A DNA stretch of 64,000 nt from Ostreococcus lucimarinus (taxonomy: Eukaryota). The notes under the pieces were generated by a model. It was not told the origin of the DNA and ran no database searches. It saw only the letters and a program-made list of their open reading frames with translations. Positions 1-9,740 of the stretch are shown piece by piece. Position numbers and translations under genes: made by a program. Position 1 is the first letter of the stretch. Every line of letters begins with the position of its first letter. Where the stretch lies: the NCBI GenBank assembly GCA_000092065.1, contig CP000581.1, one strand, 5' to 3'.

Positions 1-1117
1 GGCGCCGGCGCCGGCGGCGAAGAAGAAGCGCGGAGGAGGCGGGCGTAAGAAAGTCATCGAGGAAGAGGAAGAGGCGGCCCCGGCGGAGGTGGCGGGAGAA
101 GAAGAGACGCAAGCGGCGAATGATGACGTTGAAGATTACAAACCGAACGCCGAGGAGGAGGAGGCGAAGCCGAGCGGCAAGAAGCGCAAGCTCAGTAAAA
201 AGGCTGACGGCGAAGACAAAAAGGATAAACAGCCCGCGGAGAAGAAGCCGGCGAAATCGAAAAAGGTAGAAATCGAAAAACCAGTGATCAAAGTACCGTC
301 GAGTACACCTAGATTGTTAGAGTTGAAAACCGAGCTCGAGGATGGGCTGCAGGCGTACGAGGACACGCAAGAGCAACAAGAGCGTGCTCGATTGGAGCTT
401 GAAAAAGCAAAGGAAGCCGTGGCTGCGGCGCAGATGAAAGTGGAGCAGGCAAATTCGCACGCCAACCGCGTCGTTCGAAGATTGAAGCAAACCGCTCGGC
501 ATATTCAGGAGCAAAGCGTGAACCCAGTCATGTTGCAGGAAACGTTAATCACCAAAACCGTGAAAAAAGGTAGCAAGGTGAAGGATCCTTCGCTCGCAGA
601 CTTTGCAAAGACGTGTGGAACGGTGATGGTAGAGTGGATCGAGCTTGTACGAACCTCTGCAGTGAACATGGTCGCCGTTCAGCCCGTGGAAGAGGTGAAG
701 AAAGTGGTCAAGGAGGAAAATTCGGCGGAGGACGTGAAGATGGAAGACGCTGAAGACAAGCCCGCGACGGATTCACCTGCCAAGTTAAACTTGCCTCCGG
801 TATTAGCGGAAACATTTGCTAAGAAGGGGTCGGTTGCCAAGCCCGCGGCTCCGGCTGCTGGCGGAGTACCTAAAGAGCCCGCGCACGACGCCACTCGTCT
901 CCGCGTGGCACGCTACTTGGAGCAAGAGCACGGCTTATCTCGAAACGCCTCGCTCACGCTCGAAGCTGCGCTTTTCGATCAAGCGGGGGAACCAGGTATG
1001 GCGTACAAAGCCGCGCTCAAGCGCATCGTGAACCAGCCGTCCATCATGTCGTCCAACGCGCCGGCGCTCGATTCAGGCACAGTCAAACCGGCGCTCTTGC
1101 TCGCGTTTCGAGGTTAA
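1..1117 (+). CDS. Lys/Glu-rich acidic-basic nuclear-type protein, 5' partial; the C-terminal ~50 aa resemble a DEK-C-like helical domain
   Basis: The reading frame is open from nt 2 upstream of the listed start (APAPAAKKKRGGGGRKKVIEEEE...), so the gene continues beyond the window edge. It contains long KKxK/EEE tracts and a coiled-coil segment. The C-terminal TRLRVARYLEQEHGLSRNASLTLEAALFD...KAALKRIVNQ has the spacing of a DEK-C/SAP-like DNA-binding helix bundle. That family assignment is weak. Confidence 0.4.
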   Translation, partial: APAPAAKKKRGGGGRKKVIEEEEEAAPAEVAGEEETQAANDDVEDYKPNAEEEEAKPSGKKRKLSKKADGEDKKDKQPAEKKPAKSKKVEIEKPVIKVPSSTPRLLELKTELEDGLQAYEDTQEQQERARLELEKAKEAVAAAQMKVEQANSHANRVVRRLKQTARHIQEQSVNPVMLQETLITKTVKKGSKVKDPSLADFAKTCGTVMVEWIELVRTSAVNMVAVQPVEEVKKVVKEENSAEDVKMEDAEDKPATDSPAKLNLPPVLAETFAKKGSVAKPAAPAAGGVPKEPAHDATRLRVARYLEQEHGLSRNASLTLEAALFDQAGEPGMAYKAALKRIVNQPSIMSSNAPALDSGTVKPALLLAFRG

Positions 1118-1136
1118 CGCGACGGTTAGCGCTGGC

Positions 1137-1172
1137 AAACGAACGAACGAACGAACGAACAAACGAACAAAC
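1137..1172. repeat. (GAAC/ACGA)n microsatellite
   Basis: gaacgaacgaacgaacgaacaaacgaacaaac seen directly, just 3' of the first gene. Confidence 0.8.
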
Positions 1173-1541
1173 TTTTGTAATTCATTCACTCCCTACTACG
1201 ACCTAAAAGTCTCGCATAAATCACACCCAATCCCTCTCCGTCTCCCGACGTCGTCCCGCAAACCTTCAACGCAACTTAAATCCGAGTTTCCGCATCGGCT
1301 GCATCAGCGTCTCGTGCACCAGCGTCGACGACCGCAACCGCATCCTCTGTTTCGGCGTCTTCGCGAACGCGCAGTGTCTCTTTCCCTTTCGTTTCCGCAG
1401 TATCTTCCCGCTCGCCGTGACTTGAAACCTGCCCTTGTACGACGAGTACGGCTTAATCTTCACCTTCGTCTTCCCGTTCGCCCCGACCTTGACCTTGCGC
1501 GCGTACGCGCGCCGCGCCGCGACGCCGCCGATCGACGATCG

Positions 1542-1582
<41 letters not shown>

Positions 1583-1583
1583 C
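1542..1583. repeat. (GCCGTC)n hexamer repeat in a GC-rich intergenic tract
   Basis: cgccgtcgccgtcgccgtcgccgtcgccgtcgcc seen directly. A related (GACGGC)n block lies at about 1797-1824. Confidence 0.75.
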
Positions 1584-1842
1584 GCGCGCCGTCGTCGCCG
1601 TCACCATCGCCGTCGACGCGAACGCGCGACACCGCGCGCGCGCCGCCTCGACGGCGCCCGTCGACGACTCGCGCGCGCGCGCGGGCGCGAGCGCGGCGCG
1701 CCGGACGACGCGCGACGTCGTCGCGCGCGCGGACGCGAGCGCGCGGCGCGCGACCGCCGCGAGCATGACGCGACCGAGTCTGCAGACGCGGTCGCGGCGA
1801 CGGCGACGGCGACGGCGACGACGGCCGGCGACGGCGCGCGCG

Positions 1843-2853
1843 ATGGCGCACGTCGCGCTCGCGCTCGTCGCGCTCGTCGCGCTCGCGCGCGCGACGACGC
1901 GGGACGAGGGCGAGGCGCTGCGACGCGCGGAGGACGCGCGCGCGGCGGAGCGGCGCGGGCGAACGACGGCGGAGCGCGCGCTGCGCGAGGCGCGCCTGGA
2001 GCTCGAGCGCTGCCGACGAGCGATGGACGCGCGCGGAGGCGCGACGCGAGCGAGGGCGTCGACGTCGCACGAGATGATGGCGATGGGGACGTTCGCGAGC
2101 GCGTTCGATCGAAGGCTGGGGACGCCGCGGCAACCGTCGCTGGTGCCGCTGGCGCGAGGACGCGTCGAACTCGACGCCCGGGTGCCGGCGAGCGCGCTGG
2201 AGGGATTGGACGAGTTCACGCACTGTTGGTTGGTGTACGTGTTTCATGAGAACACGGATCTGGGCGCGGGGGCGGAGAAAAATGGGAAAGTGGGCGCGGC
2301 GGATGGGCCGAAATCGACGCTTCGCGGGAAGATTCGGGTGCCGAGATTGAACGGGGAGAAGCGAGGGTGCTTGGCGACACGAACGCCGCATCGACCGTGT
2401 CCGATAGGACTTAGCTTAGTGCGAATCGTTCGCGTGAATGGGAAATCGTTGGACGTGGCGGGGGCGGACTTAGTGCACGGGACGCCGGTTTTGGACGTAA
2501 AACCATACGTGCCGTACAGCGATTGCGTCGTCGACGCTCGCGCGCCGGAGTGGGTCGGAAACGATCTCGCCGATGGTGACGGACCGTTGACCGTAGATGA
2601 AGTGAAACTTACGGACGCCGGCGAGGCTGCTTTGCGCGCGGCGTGGGAGCGTCGGCGCAAAGATTCACTGTACGAAAGCGCCGACGAATTCGTCGCGTTT
2701 GTGACGCAGGCGCTCGGGCGAGACATTCGGTCGTATCACCAGCGCTTGGGCGATGTTGCGCCAGACACGGATTGGCGCGTAAGTTTAGATGGTGTTATCG
2801 TCGTGTACCGTCAGTCAGCGAAGCGCGTGGTCGTCGTCGGGGCTGAAAACTAG
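1843..2853 (+). CDS. TRMO: tRNA (adenine37-N6)-methyltransferase TrmO/TsaA family (YaeB/UPF0066)
   Basis: The C-terminal 230 aa align to E. coli YaeB: RQPSLVP~[17 protein letters not shown]~[38 protein letters not shown]~[41 protein letters not shown]~GTPVVDIKPYLPF. The start was chosen at the in-frame M (MAHVALAL) after the GC-rich low-complexity tract. An alternative M lies at about 1765. Confidence 0.75.
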   Translation: [336 protein letters not shown]

Positions 2854-2868
2854 TGTTAGAAACTTGTA

Positions 2869-5283
2869 TTACTGCTGCTCTACTTGGCGCCCTTCCGTCG
2901 TCGCGTTGACAAACTTTTTAAATACGACGTTCTCGTCGGCTTTAGTCGGGTTCTTCGAAGAATCCGACGGACTTTCTGCGGTGATTTCTTTTAAGATTTC
3001 ACTGGCTCGTTGCACGGCGCGGCTCGAAGCACCGTCTTGCGTGTTGTTTTGGAGCACCGTCTCGACAGCGCGCTCCGCCTCTTCGTCTGTCACCTTGTTC
3101 GAGGCGGCGACTATCTTTTCAACGATATCTTCCTGACTATCGACGTCTTTGCCCTTGCCCTTCTTCCACGCACGTGGTGCGATATTTATGGGTTCTTTCA
3201 GATTCTTGATGAGTTCATCTTTATTCTCCGTCTCTTCGACCACATTAGTCGCCGCTTGCCACACGGCCTCCGCTCCAGACTTTTTCGCCCCTCGTACCTC
3301 CTCCAACGTTTGCTCGATGATCGTGTCCGTCATTTCTAACCGTTCAGACGCAACCTGTAATCCATCGAGATCGGTGTTGACGTCTTCGGTCAGTTCTAGG
3401 ACGTCCGATGTTTCTTCGAGCGCATCGTCCGTTGCTCGTACTTTCTCAAGCGCCTCATCTGCGCGCTCGTGAACGTCGTCGGAGCTCTCATCAGCCTGGC
3501 TCGCTTCCCCTTCCTCTTCTATATCTCTCAACGTCTCGCGAACCTCGCGTAGGGTATCGCTTACATTTCTGTACGATTCTCTCGCTTTGGCGAATTTCTC
3601 CTTTGCCTCTCGCACGTCCTCTTCGTCGACATCTTTTCGAAACGGATTGAGCGAGTCGAATTCGCGCATCGCCGCTGAACGCGTTTCCTGACTTGAAGCG
3701 AGCGCGAGCGTGGATGTCACATCTTTCACCACGCTCTCGCTTAATTTCGACTCTTCGGAAAGTTGTGAAACAACTCGTTCTACGGCATCGATTCTTCTGA
3801 ATTTCGCCGCCGCGGTGAGAATCCTGTCGTAAACTTGCACCCTCGATCGTACGAATGTTTGAGCGGCGACGAGTCGTTGTATGATGACGACAACCTCAGC
3901 TTCTTCTTTCAAGGACTGCAGTGTGCTTCGTGTACATGCGATACCAATAAATACGCCAAATAGAATTAGCGCGTGCGCGCTGAGACGCACACCGCTCCCG
4001 AGCTGCTGCAGTAGTTTGAAATCATTCATACTTTTCTTCGAGCTCGACGACGGACACGTGCGCAGAAACATCATCCCAGGAAGAATGAATGTAAGTATCG
4101 AGCATGTCGTGCTACCGATGAGACCGAACACGTGTTGAATGTTTGGCACTGAAATGGACACGCGCAAGCAGCTGTAAAGCACGAGAACATCAAACACTAA
4201 TTCGGTGTGTCTTCCCGCCACGCGCGAGAGCGACAGCAAGAGCGAGGGCGATATTTCTCGCAAGGAAATGAAGAGAAGCGGCACGCCGGTGCATATAGCG
4301 CACCCGTACAAGAACCGTACCAACTGCGTGTAAATCCCAAACCATCCACTTTCCGCACCAAAGTTGCGCAAAACGTTACCGTTCACGCTCGACCCGAACG
4401 CCACGTATCCGCACGCGCCGGTGACGATGTAAAAGATCAACAAATGCACCATCGTCTCGTTCGCGATGCCGACGACGCGCGAGGTCGACATCACCGCCGT
4501 GCCCGAACTCTTCAACGCTGGAAACACCATCACGTGCGCCGCAAAATTAAATACCATGATCGGTAGCACCAGACCCAGCCCGCTCGCGTCCCACGTCTTC
4601 GACGCGCTCGATTTCCCGTCGCCGAGCGCCAACCGTCGCGCCGCGAGCGTCACCAAACACAATCCAAACAACCCCGTCGTCGCCAACCCGAACCCCACCA
4701 CTTTTTCGAGTCTTTTTTGACTCTTCACGAACGTCGCCAACGGCAAAAACACCCCAAACGTCACCCCCGCCATGACGCGTTCGCGATTCACCTCCACCCC
4801 AGCCGGCAGCACGCCGCTCGACGCCGCCGTGAAGAAATTATCCCCCACGATGTTTACGTACGCCACCACCACCCCGACCAACAGCGCGGCGATGCTATAC
4901 TTCGCGACGATCCTCCCTCGTCGTCCCAGCGTCGCGCTCGTCAAATCTTCGTACGACCACGCGCCGTGCGCGTTCGCGCAGTACAACATTTGCTCGAGCG
5001 ACAGCGCGCACGCCAGGCACGCCCCCGCGCTCGTCGCCGTCGTCAGCGCCAATCCGCACGCCGCGAAGCACGACGGCACCGCGAGCGCGCCGCTGCCGAG
5101 CATCGAGTTCAGGAGGCTCTTCGAGCTCGCGCGCGACGACGACGACGGCGCGAACGCGCGACGACGCGCCGCGCTCGAGCTCAGAATCTCATCTTGCGTC
5201 CGCCGCGGCGTCGAGCGCGCGCGCGCCGCGGCGTCGAGCGCGCTCGCGCTCGCGCGGGCGACCGCGCGCGCGGGGTCGCGCAT
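2869..5283 (-). CDS. Amino-acid transporter (Aa_trans/SLC38-AVT type) with a long acidic coiled-coil C-terminal tail
   Basis: The N-terminal SKSLLNSMLGSGALAVPSCFAACG matches the Aa_trans signature (N..n.ilGaGiLalP), followed by about 10 hydrophobic segments. About 330 aa of E/D/K-rich coiled coil follow the membrane domain. The stop lies only 15 bp from the TrmO stop (convergent). Confidence 0.7.
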   Translation of the reverse strand: MRDPARAVARASASALDAAARARSTPRRTQDEILSSSAARRRAFAPSSSSRASSKSLLNSMLGSGALAVPSCFAACGLALTTATSAGACLACALSLEQMLYCANAHGAWSYEDLTSATLGRRGRIVAKYSIAALLVGVVVAYVNIVGDNFFTAASSGVLPAGVEVNRERVMAGVTFGVFLPLATFVKSQKRLEKVVGFGLATTGLFGLCLVTLAARRLALGDGKSSASKTWDASGLGLVLPIMVFNFAAHVMVFPALKSSGTAVMSTSRVVGIANETMVHLLIFYIVTGACGYVAFGSSVNGNVLRNFGAESGWFGIYTQLVRFLYGCAICTGVPLLFISLREISPSLLLSLSRVAGRHTELVFDVLVLYSCLRVSISVPNIQHVFGLIGSTTCSILTFILPGMMFLRTCPSSSSKKSMNDFKLLQQLGSGVRLSAHALILFGVFIGIACTRSTLQSLKEEAEVVVIIQRLVAAQTFVRSRVQVYDRILTAAAKFRRIDAVERVVSQLSEESKLSESVVKDVTSTLALASSQETRSAAMREFDSLNPFRKDVDEEDVREAKEKFAKARESYRNVSDTLREVRETLRDIEEEGEASQADESSDDVHERADEALEKVRATDDALEETSDVLELTEDVNTDLDGLQVASERLEMTDTIIEQTLEEVRGAKKSGAEAVWQAATNVVEETENKDELIKNLKEPINIAPRAWKKGKGKDVDSQEDIVEKIVAASNKVTDEEAERAVETVLQNNTQDGASSRAVQRASEILKEITAESPSDSSKNPTKADENVVFKKFVNATTEGRQVEQQ

Positions 5284-5382
5284 GGCGCGCGCGACGACGC
5301 GGCGCGCGGCGCCGTGTGCCGACGCGCGGGGCCGTTATCGTTCAAAGCGACCGGCGACGCGGCAGAGCGCGACGCGCGCGCG

Positions 5383-8300
5383 ATGCGGCGCGCGACGCCG
5401 CGCGCGCGCGAGCGTCGAGCGGCGCGCGTCGAGCGAGACGCGACGTCGAGCGACGACGACGACGACGACGACGCGCCGCGAGTGGACGATTTGTTGGTGC
5501 CGTCGTCGAGCGACGACGAAGACGAAGACGAAGGCGACGACGACGGCGGCGAGACGACGCGCGAGGCGACGCGCGACGTCGGAACGATGCCGCTGTCGCT
5601 GTCGCGATCGATCGGGGACGCGAGCGACGCGGCGGTGCGAGTGCTCGTGCGACGAGTGTCGAGACGCGCGGAGGCGTCGGCGGCGGACGAAGACGACGAG
5701 GACGACGCGAGCGCGGACGACGCGAACGAGGACGAGAGCGAAGAGGATGGTTTAGCGATCGCGGCGATGCGCGAGGCGAGGTTGCTCGCCGGAGAGCGAG
5801 GGAAGAGCGAGGTGGGGACGTCGACGGCGGACGACGCGCGAGACGAGGCGAGACGAGCGCTTCGCGCGCTGCGAGCTCGAACGGAAAAGAATAGGACGGT
5901 GGGGACGGCGGCGAGCGCGGGTGGGGTGGTAGATTTAGTGAATGTGGAGAGAGTGACGAACGCTATGATGGATACCGTCGACGCGGGGAGGGCGATGTGT
6001 TGCGCGCTGGGTCCCGGAGAACGCGTCGCCGTGGGAACGGAGGGCGGTTTTATTTTTCTCGAACGCGGCGTGAACGATGAGCGGACGGTTTCGTGCCTGA
6101 AATCGGCGAATACTTTTGCTGGAATTTCAGCCACGCCCGGGGTGACGAGTTTGTGCTTCGATGAAAGGGGTGAGTGGCTCTTGGTGGGACACGACGACGG
6201 CGGTCTCACGCTGTGGGATATCAAGCGCACGCCGACGATTTTGAAAACAATCGTCGGCGCGCATCGAACGCCCGTGATAGCGCTCGTAATGCTTTCAAAA
6301 GTGGAGTCAAACGGTGTTGTTGACGTGATATCGTCCGAGGAGGGTGGCCTCGTCATTCATCACACGCTTTCGCCTCTCGGAATGGGTGTCGTTCGAGTCA
6401 AATCGGCGTCGCTCGGCGAGCGGACGTTCGTGATAGCGGCGCACGCGCTGCCTCGAGTCGGCTCGGTGAGTGTATCAGATATTAACGCCCATGATAATGG
6501 TATCATCAGTCCTACGTACGGTGAAACGCTGAGCGCAGCGAAGAATATTGCAGACGCCGCAGGCGTTGCGGCGTTGTGCACGATGAACGCCGTGCTCATC
6601 ATGCGACTCAATCCACGAGCTGAGGTCATCGCAAAGATCGTTCGGCCGCCAAACATCGCGGCTACCGTGCTACCTGTGATGTGTTGGAGCCCGAGGTGGG
6701 CGGATGAAGTCACTACGCATGACAACGTAGAAGAATGCAATCTTGTCGTGGTATGGGGCGCGAGCGTGTACGTGCTCTCCGTCGACGTTGAATCGATCAA
6801 GCGATCGCCTGGAGAAAATGAACGAACTAAACGCGCCGCAAATACATCGCGTATCCTGAATTCGTGGAGCATCGATCCAGAAGGCGTCGTTGCGAGTGCG
6901 ATGGCGACGGCTTGGCTGTCGCAAGACTTGATTTGTGTCCTTAGTAGCCGAAACAAGCTATTTGTTTACACGTCTCATGGGCAGCTCATAGAACGTGTTG
7001 CGACGAGCGAGCCTCCGATTGCTCGTGAAATTGTACAAGCCACCGCGAGCCATGACGCTGTTTTCGAGCGTTTGCCATATTGGCATGGATCTGTCGCCGT
7101 GCGCGGCGTTCATTTCGCTATGCTATCACCTTCGAGATTACGACGCGGCAAATTTTTCGGTTGGTTCGAGCGAATGCAAGCAAAGAAGGCGGAAGGCAAC
7201 TGGGTTGGTACTTTGAACACGCTTATTGAAGTCGCATCGGATGAGCTGCCGTTGTGGCCGAGCTTGTCGAAAAAGTATGCAGATCCGGAGACTACCCGGG
7301 AAAGGGCGGTGCAAGCGTTTGTCGACGTAGTCCCACAGTTCCTTGATGAATCTTTGAACAAACGTGGTATCGACTCTGACGATGCTGCGTATTTCGAACT
7401 AATAACAAGTGTCGTTTTCGGTCTGTTGCTTGCGTTTAACGCACTGAATCAAGTGTATGCGCCGGTGGTATTCGGTGCCTTCCTAAACTCAAAATGCAAA
7501 GCGGCGTTTTTGAAAGGCATGGTGCCCCATATCTTATCGGACAAGTTGCGTTCGTTACCTGCAGAAGTGATGCAAGCGCTCGTGGAGCACTATGCTGCGC
7601 TTGATGCGGCAAATGTGATTGAACAGTGCGTTCTGCATATGGATGTAGAATCGCTTGATTTGAATCAAGTCGCTCGACTCTGCAAACATCATGGCATGTA
7701 CAGCGCGCTCGCGCACGTGTTCACGAGAGCTTTAAATGATTTCATCACACCGGTCGAAGCCATGTTTCAAGCCTCGCTGGAGCCCAAGTTTGGTGATAAA
7801 GCTCGCGTTCGACAGGTCTTGCTGTTTATTTTCAAGACTATTCAAGGCGAACAGTTTCCAACAAACGGTTGTAGATTGTCGAGCGAAATCGTTAGTCAGT
7901 TTCGAATGGAGGTGATGAAATTTCTGTTTGAGCCAGTCGATCTTAATGTGTTTACAATGAGCACGCATGATTCCGAGTCAAGTTTGAGTACCACGTGGAA
8001 CGCAGCGATGGCGCTCGCCGTACGAGAAGACGATTCATCATGTCCACCATTGCGTCTTTTGTATCTTCTTCTTGCCGAACCCAAAGCCTCGACTGTTGTG
8101 CTGACGGAAATTTTGAAAGACTGGGACGCAAGTGAGAGCGAAATACTCGCCATAGATGGCCTTCCAACCGATCGCATGGGATCTCAGGTTATTGTTGAAG
8201 CCGTGGTTTTCGCCGCCGGTGCGTGTGGTCCCGTAAATTCAGCTCCAACTCGTTCAAGACTTCTCACGTTTGCCGCAAGCATCGTCGGTACCGGCCGCGC

Positions 8301-9678
8301 CACAGTGACGCAGCAAGTTGAACGGGAGCTCTTGGAAACTTTGGCGCTCGCGAAGACGAAACATGACGTCATAGAAAGAGAGAAGGCGATGGTATCCATC
8401 ATCGGACGGCGCATAGACGAAGATATTACGTTGAATGACGAGTGTCAAATCCTCAATCTCGCGCGAGAAGCACATTTTGCTCAAGCCGAAGCCGTGATAT
8501 ACATCGCATCTGGTGATCATATCAACGCTTTGAAGGCGCTCGCCGGTGATGAGCACCGGAGAAACGCTGCTGTACATTATGTAGACGTGTGCCTTGGTAA
8601 ATCAGGTCCAGGCATCGTGCATGCAGAGCAAATGAACGCTGGACCAGCGGTGGCACGAGCGCATCCACTCGACACCGAGAGCGCCAAGGTCTTTCAAAAC
8701 GAGCTCCTTGCGATCATGCCCGTCGTCGCCGCTAAATCCGCTGATGTATGCGCTCGTATTGCAATCGCGTACTTCCCACACGCACAAGCTGAAGTTCTGA
8801 ACGCACTATCATCGGAGCCTGTCTTGCAGTTTCAATACCTGCGACAAGTTCTCGAAGCCGTGCACGAAGTTAAAGACGGCGTCGGCAGCCCTCACGACAT
8901 GAGTCTCGTGGACTTGGTGTCGGCGACAAAATCCGTCGTAACGACGGAAATGGCTGAGTTGTACTTTCGACTCATGTGTCAATTCGAACCACAAGATGTG
9001 TTGAAGTACTTAAAAAGTGAAGACGTGAAGAGTTTAGACGAAGCTCGGTGCCTTGAATACTGCCGAGAGTTCAACGTCATGGATGCTACGGCCTACTTGC
9101 TCGAGGCTGCGGGTAACTACAACGAAGCGCTCAGTATTCATCTATGCAACTACTCCACTGGTATTCGCGCGATGGCGCAGCTCTTCACGACGAGTGGGGC
9201 AGAGTGGACAAAGACTGCGCCCGCGGAGAGTTTGATGAAGGGATTCGTCATCGAGACAAACGAAGCTTTACATGTAGCCGTCGGGATGTGTAGACGCGTC
9301 TCGAGCGAAGTATCAAATAGTGAAGAAATGTGGTGGTCTTGCCTCGATAGTGTGTTCCGTTCGTTGTTAGAGCTCACGGATGGCGCTTACAAGAGAGTGC
9401 GCGATGTTCTTGACGAACACTTGGAAGATGTTTTACGAGTGATGCTCGGACGTGTAGATAACGCGCATCTTTTGGAGATGATTATCAGCCGCTACGGCGG
9501 TAGAGATATCTCCGAACTTAGAAAATTACTCACACGCGTTTTCGGAAATTGCGCACTCGAGAGAGAGTTCTTAAAATCAGAGGGATCTAGCGTTAAGCAA
9601 GAGGCAGATAAAAAAGTTCTCGAGGATTTCCAAATTCGTCGCCGCGCTCAACGAGGGACGCGGCGCACGGTTCGATAG
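5383..9678 (+). CDS. VPS8: Vps8-like CORVET subunit (N-terminal WD40/beta-propeller plus Vps8-type alpha-solenoid); no C-terminal RING
   Basis: WD40-like LWDIKRTP...HRTPVIALV occurs near the N-terminus. The central block LNQVARLCKHHGMYSALAHVFTRALNDFITPVEAMF resembles the Vps8 family core (LCREHGLYDA...NDYVTP). Start set at the first in-frame ATG (5383) after the divergent transporter start at 5283. The listed ORF start at 4717 is a GC-rich read-through. Confidence 0.55.
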   Translation: MRRATPRARERRAARVERDATSSDDDDDDDAPRVDDLLVPSSSDDEDEDEGDDDGGETTREATRDVGTMPLSLSRSIGDASDAAVRVLVRRVSRRAEASAADEDDEDDASADDANEDESEEDGLAIAAMREARLLAGERGKSEVGTSTADDARDEARRALRALRARTEKNRTVGTAASAGGVVDLVNVERVTNAMMDTVDAGRAMCCALGPGERVAVGTEGGFIFLERGVNDERTVSCLKSANTFAGISATPGVTSLCFDERGEWLLVGHDDGGLTLWDIKRTPTILKTIVGAHRTPVIALVMLSKVESNGVVDVISSEEGGLVIHHTLSPLGMGVVRVKSASLGERTFVIAAHALPRVGSVSVSDINAHDNGIISPTYGETLSAAKNIADAAGVAALCTMNAVLIMRLNPRAEVIAKIVRPPNIAATVLPVMCWSPRWADEVTTHDNVEECNLVVVWGASVYVLSVDVESIKRSPGENERTKRAANTSRILNSWSIDPEGVVASAMATAWLSQDLICVLSSRNKLFVYTSHGQLIERVATSEPPIAREIVQATASHDAVFERLPYWHGSVAVRGVHFAMLSPSRLRRGKFFGWFERMQAKKAEGNWVGTLNTLIEVASDELPLWPSLSKKYADPETTRERAVQAFVDVVPQFLDESLNKRGIDSDDAAYFELITSVVFGLLLAFNALNQVYAPVVFGAFLNSKCKAAFLKGMVPHILSDKLRSLPAEVMQALVEHYAALDAANVIEQCVLHMDVESLDLNQVARLCKHHGMYSALAHVFTRALNDFITPVEAMFQASLEPKFGDKARVRQVLLFIFKTIQGEQFPTNGCRLSSEIVSQFRMEVMKFLFEPVDLNVFTMSTHDSESSLSTTWNAAMALAVREDDSSCPPLRLLYLLLAEPKASTVVLTEILKDWDASESEILAIDGLPTDRMGSQVIVEAVVFAAGACGPVNSAPTRSRLLTFAASIVGTGRATVTQQVERELLETLALAKTKHDVIEREKAMVSIIGRRIDEDITLNDECQILNLAREAHFAQAEAVIYIASGDHINALKALAGDEHRRNAAVHYVDVCLGKSGPGIVHAEQMNAGPAVARAHPLDTESAKVFQNELLAIMPVVAAKSADVCARIAIAYFPHAQAEVLNALSSEPVLQFQYLRQVLEAVHEVKDGVGSPHDMSLVDLVSATKSVVTTEMAELYFRLMCQFEPQDVLKYLKSEDVKSLDEARCLEYCREFNVMDATAYLLEAAGNYNEALSIHLCNYSTGIRAMAQLFTTSGAEWTKTAPAESLMKGFVIETNEALHVAVGMCRRVSSEVSNSEEMWWSCLDSVFRSLLELTDGAYKRVRDVLDEHLEDVLRVMLGRVDNAHLLEMIISRYGGRDISELRKLLTRVFGNCALEREFLKSEGSSVKQEADKKVLEDFQIRRRAQRGTRRTVR

Positions 9679-9740
9679 CTAGTTTAGGAAAATCAGAAAA
9701 GTAAAAACAAATTGCTAACATTGCTAAAGCTCGACGCGTT

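Noticed and set aside
1266-2391. Long ORFs on both strands (317, 311, 312 aa) of Arg/Ala/Asp-rich low complexity
   Set aside because: They are produced by GC-rich simple repeats (GCCGTC, GACGGC, CGCG) that are open in all frames. They have no protein-like composition or motifs. They overlap each other and the TrmO N-terminus.
4717-6356. The N-terminal 220 aa of the 1653-aa plus ORF, and the antisense ORFs at 4772..5755 and 5181..6356
   Set aside because: The plus ORF reads through the minus-strand transporter gene and its start codon at 5283. The real Vps8-like start is the ATG at 5383. The others are GC-rich antisense artefacts rich in R/S/A/T.
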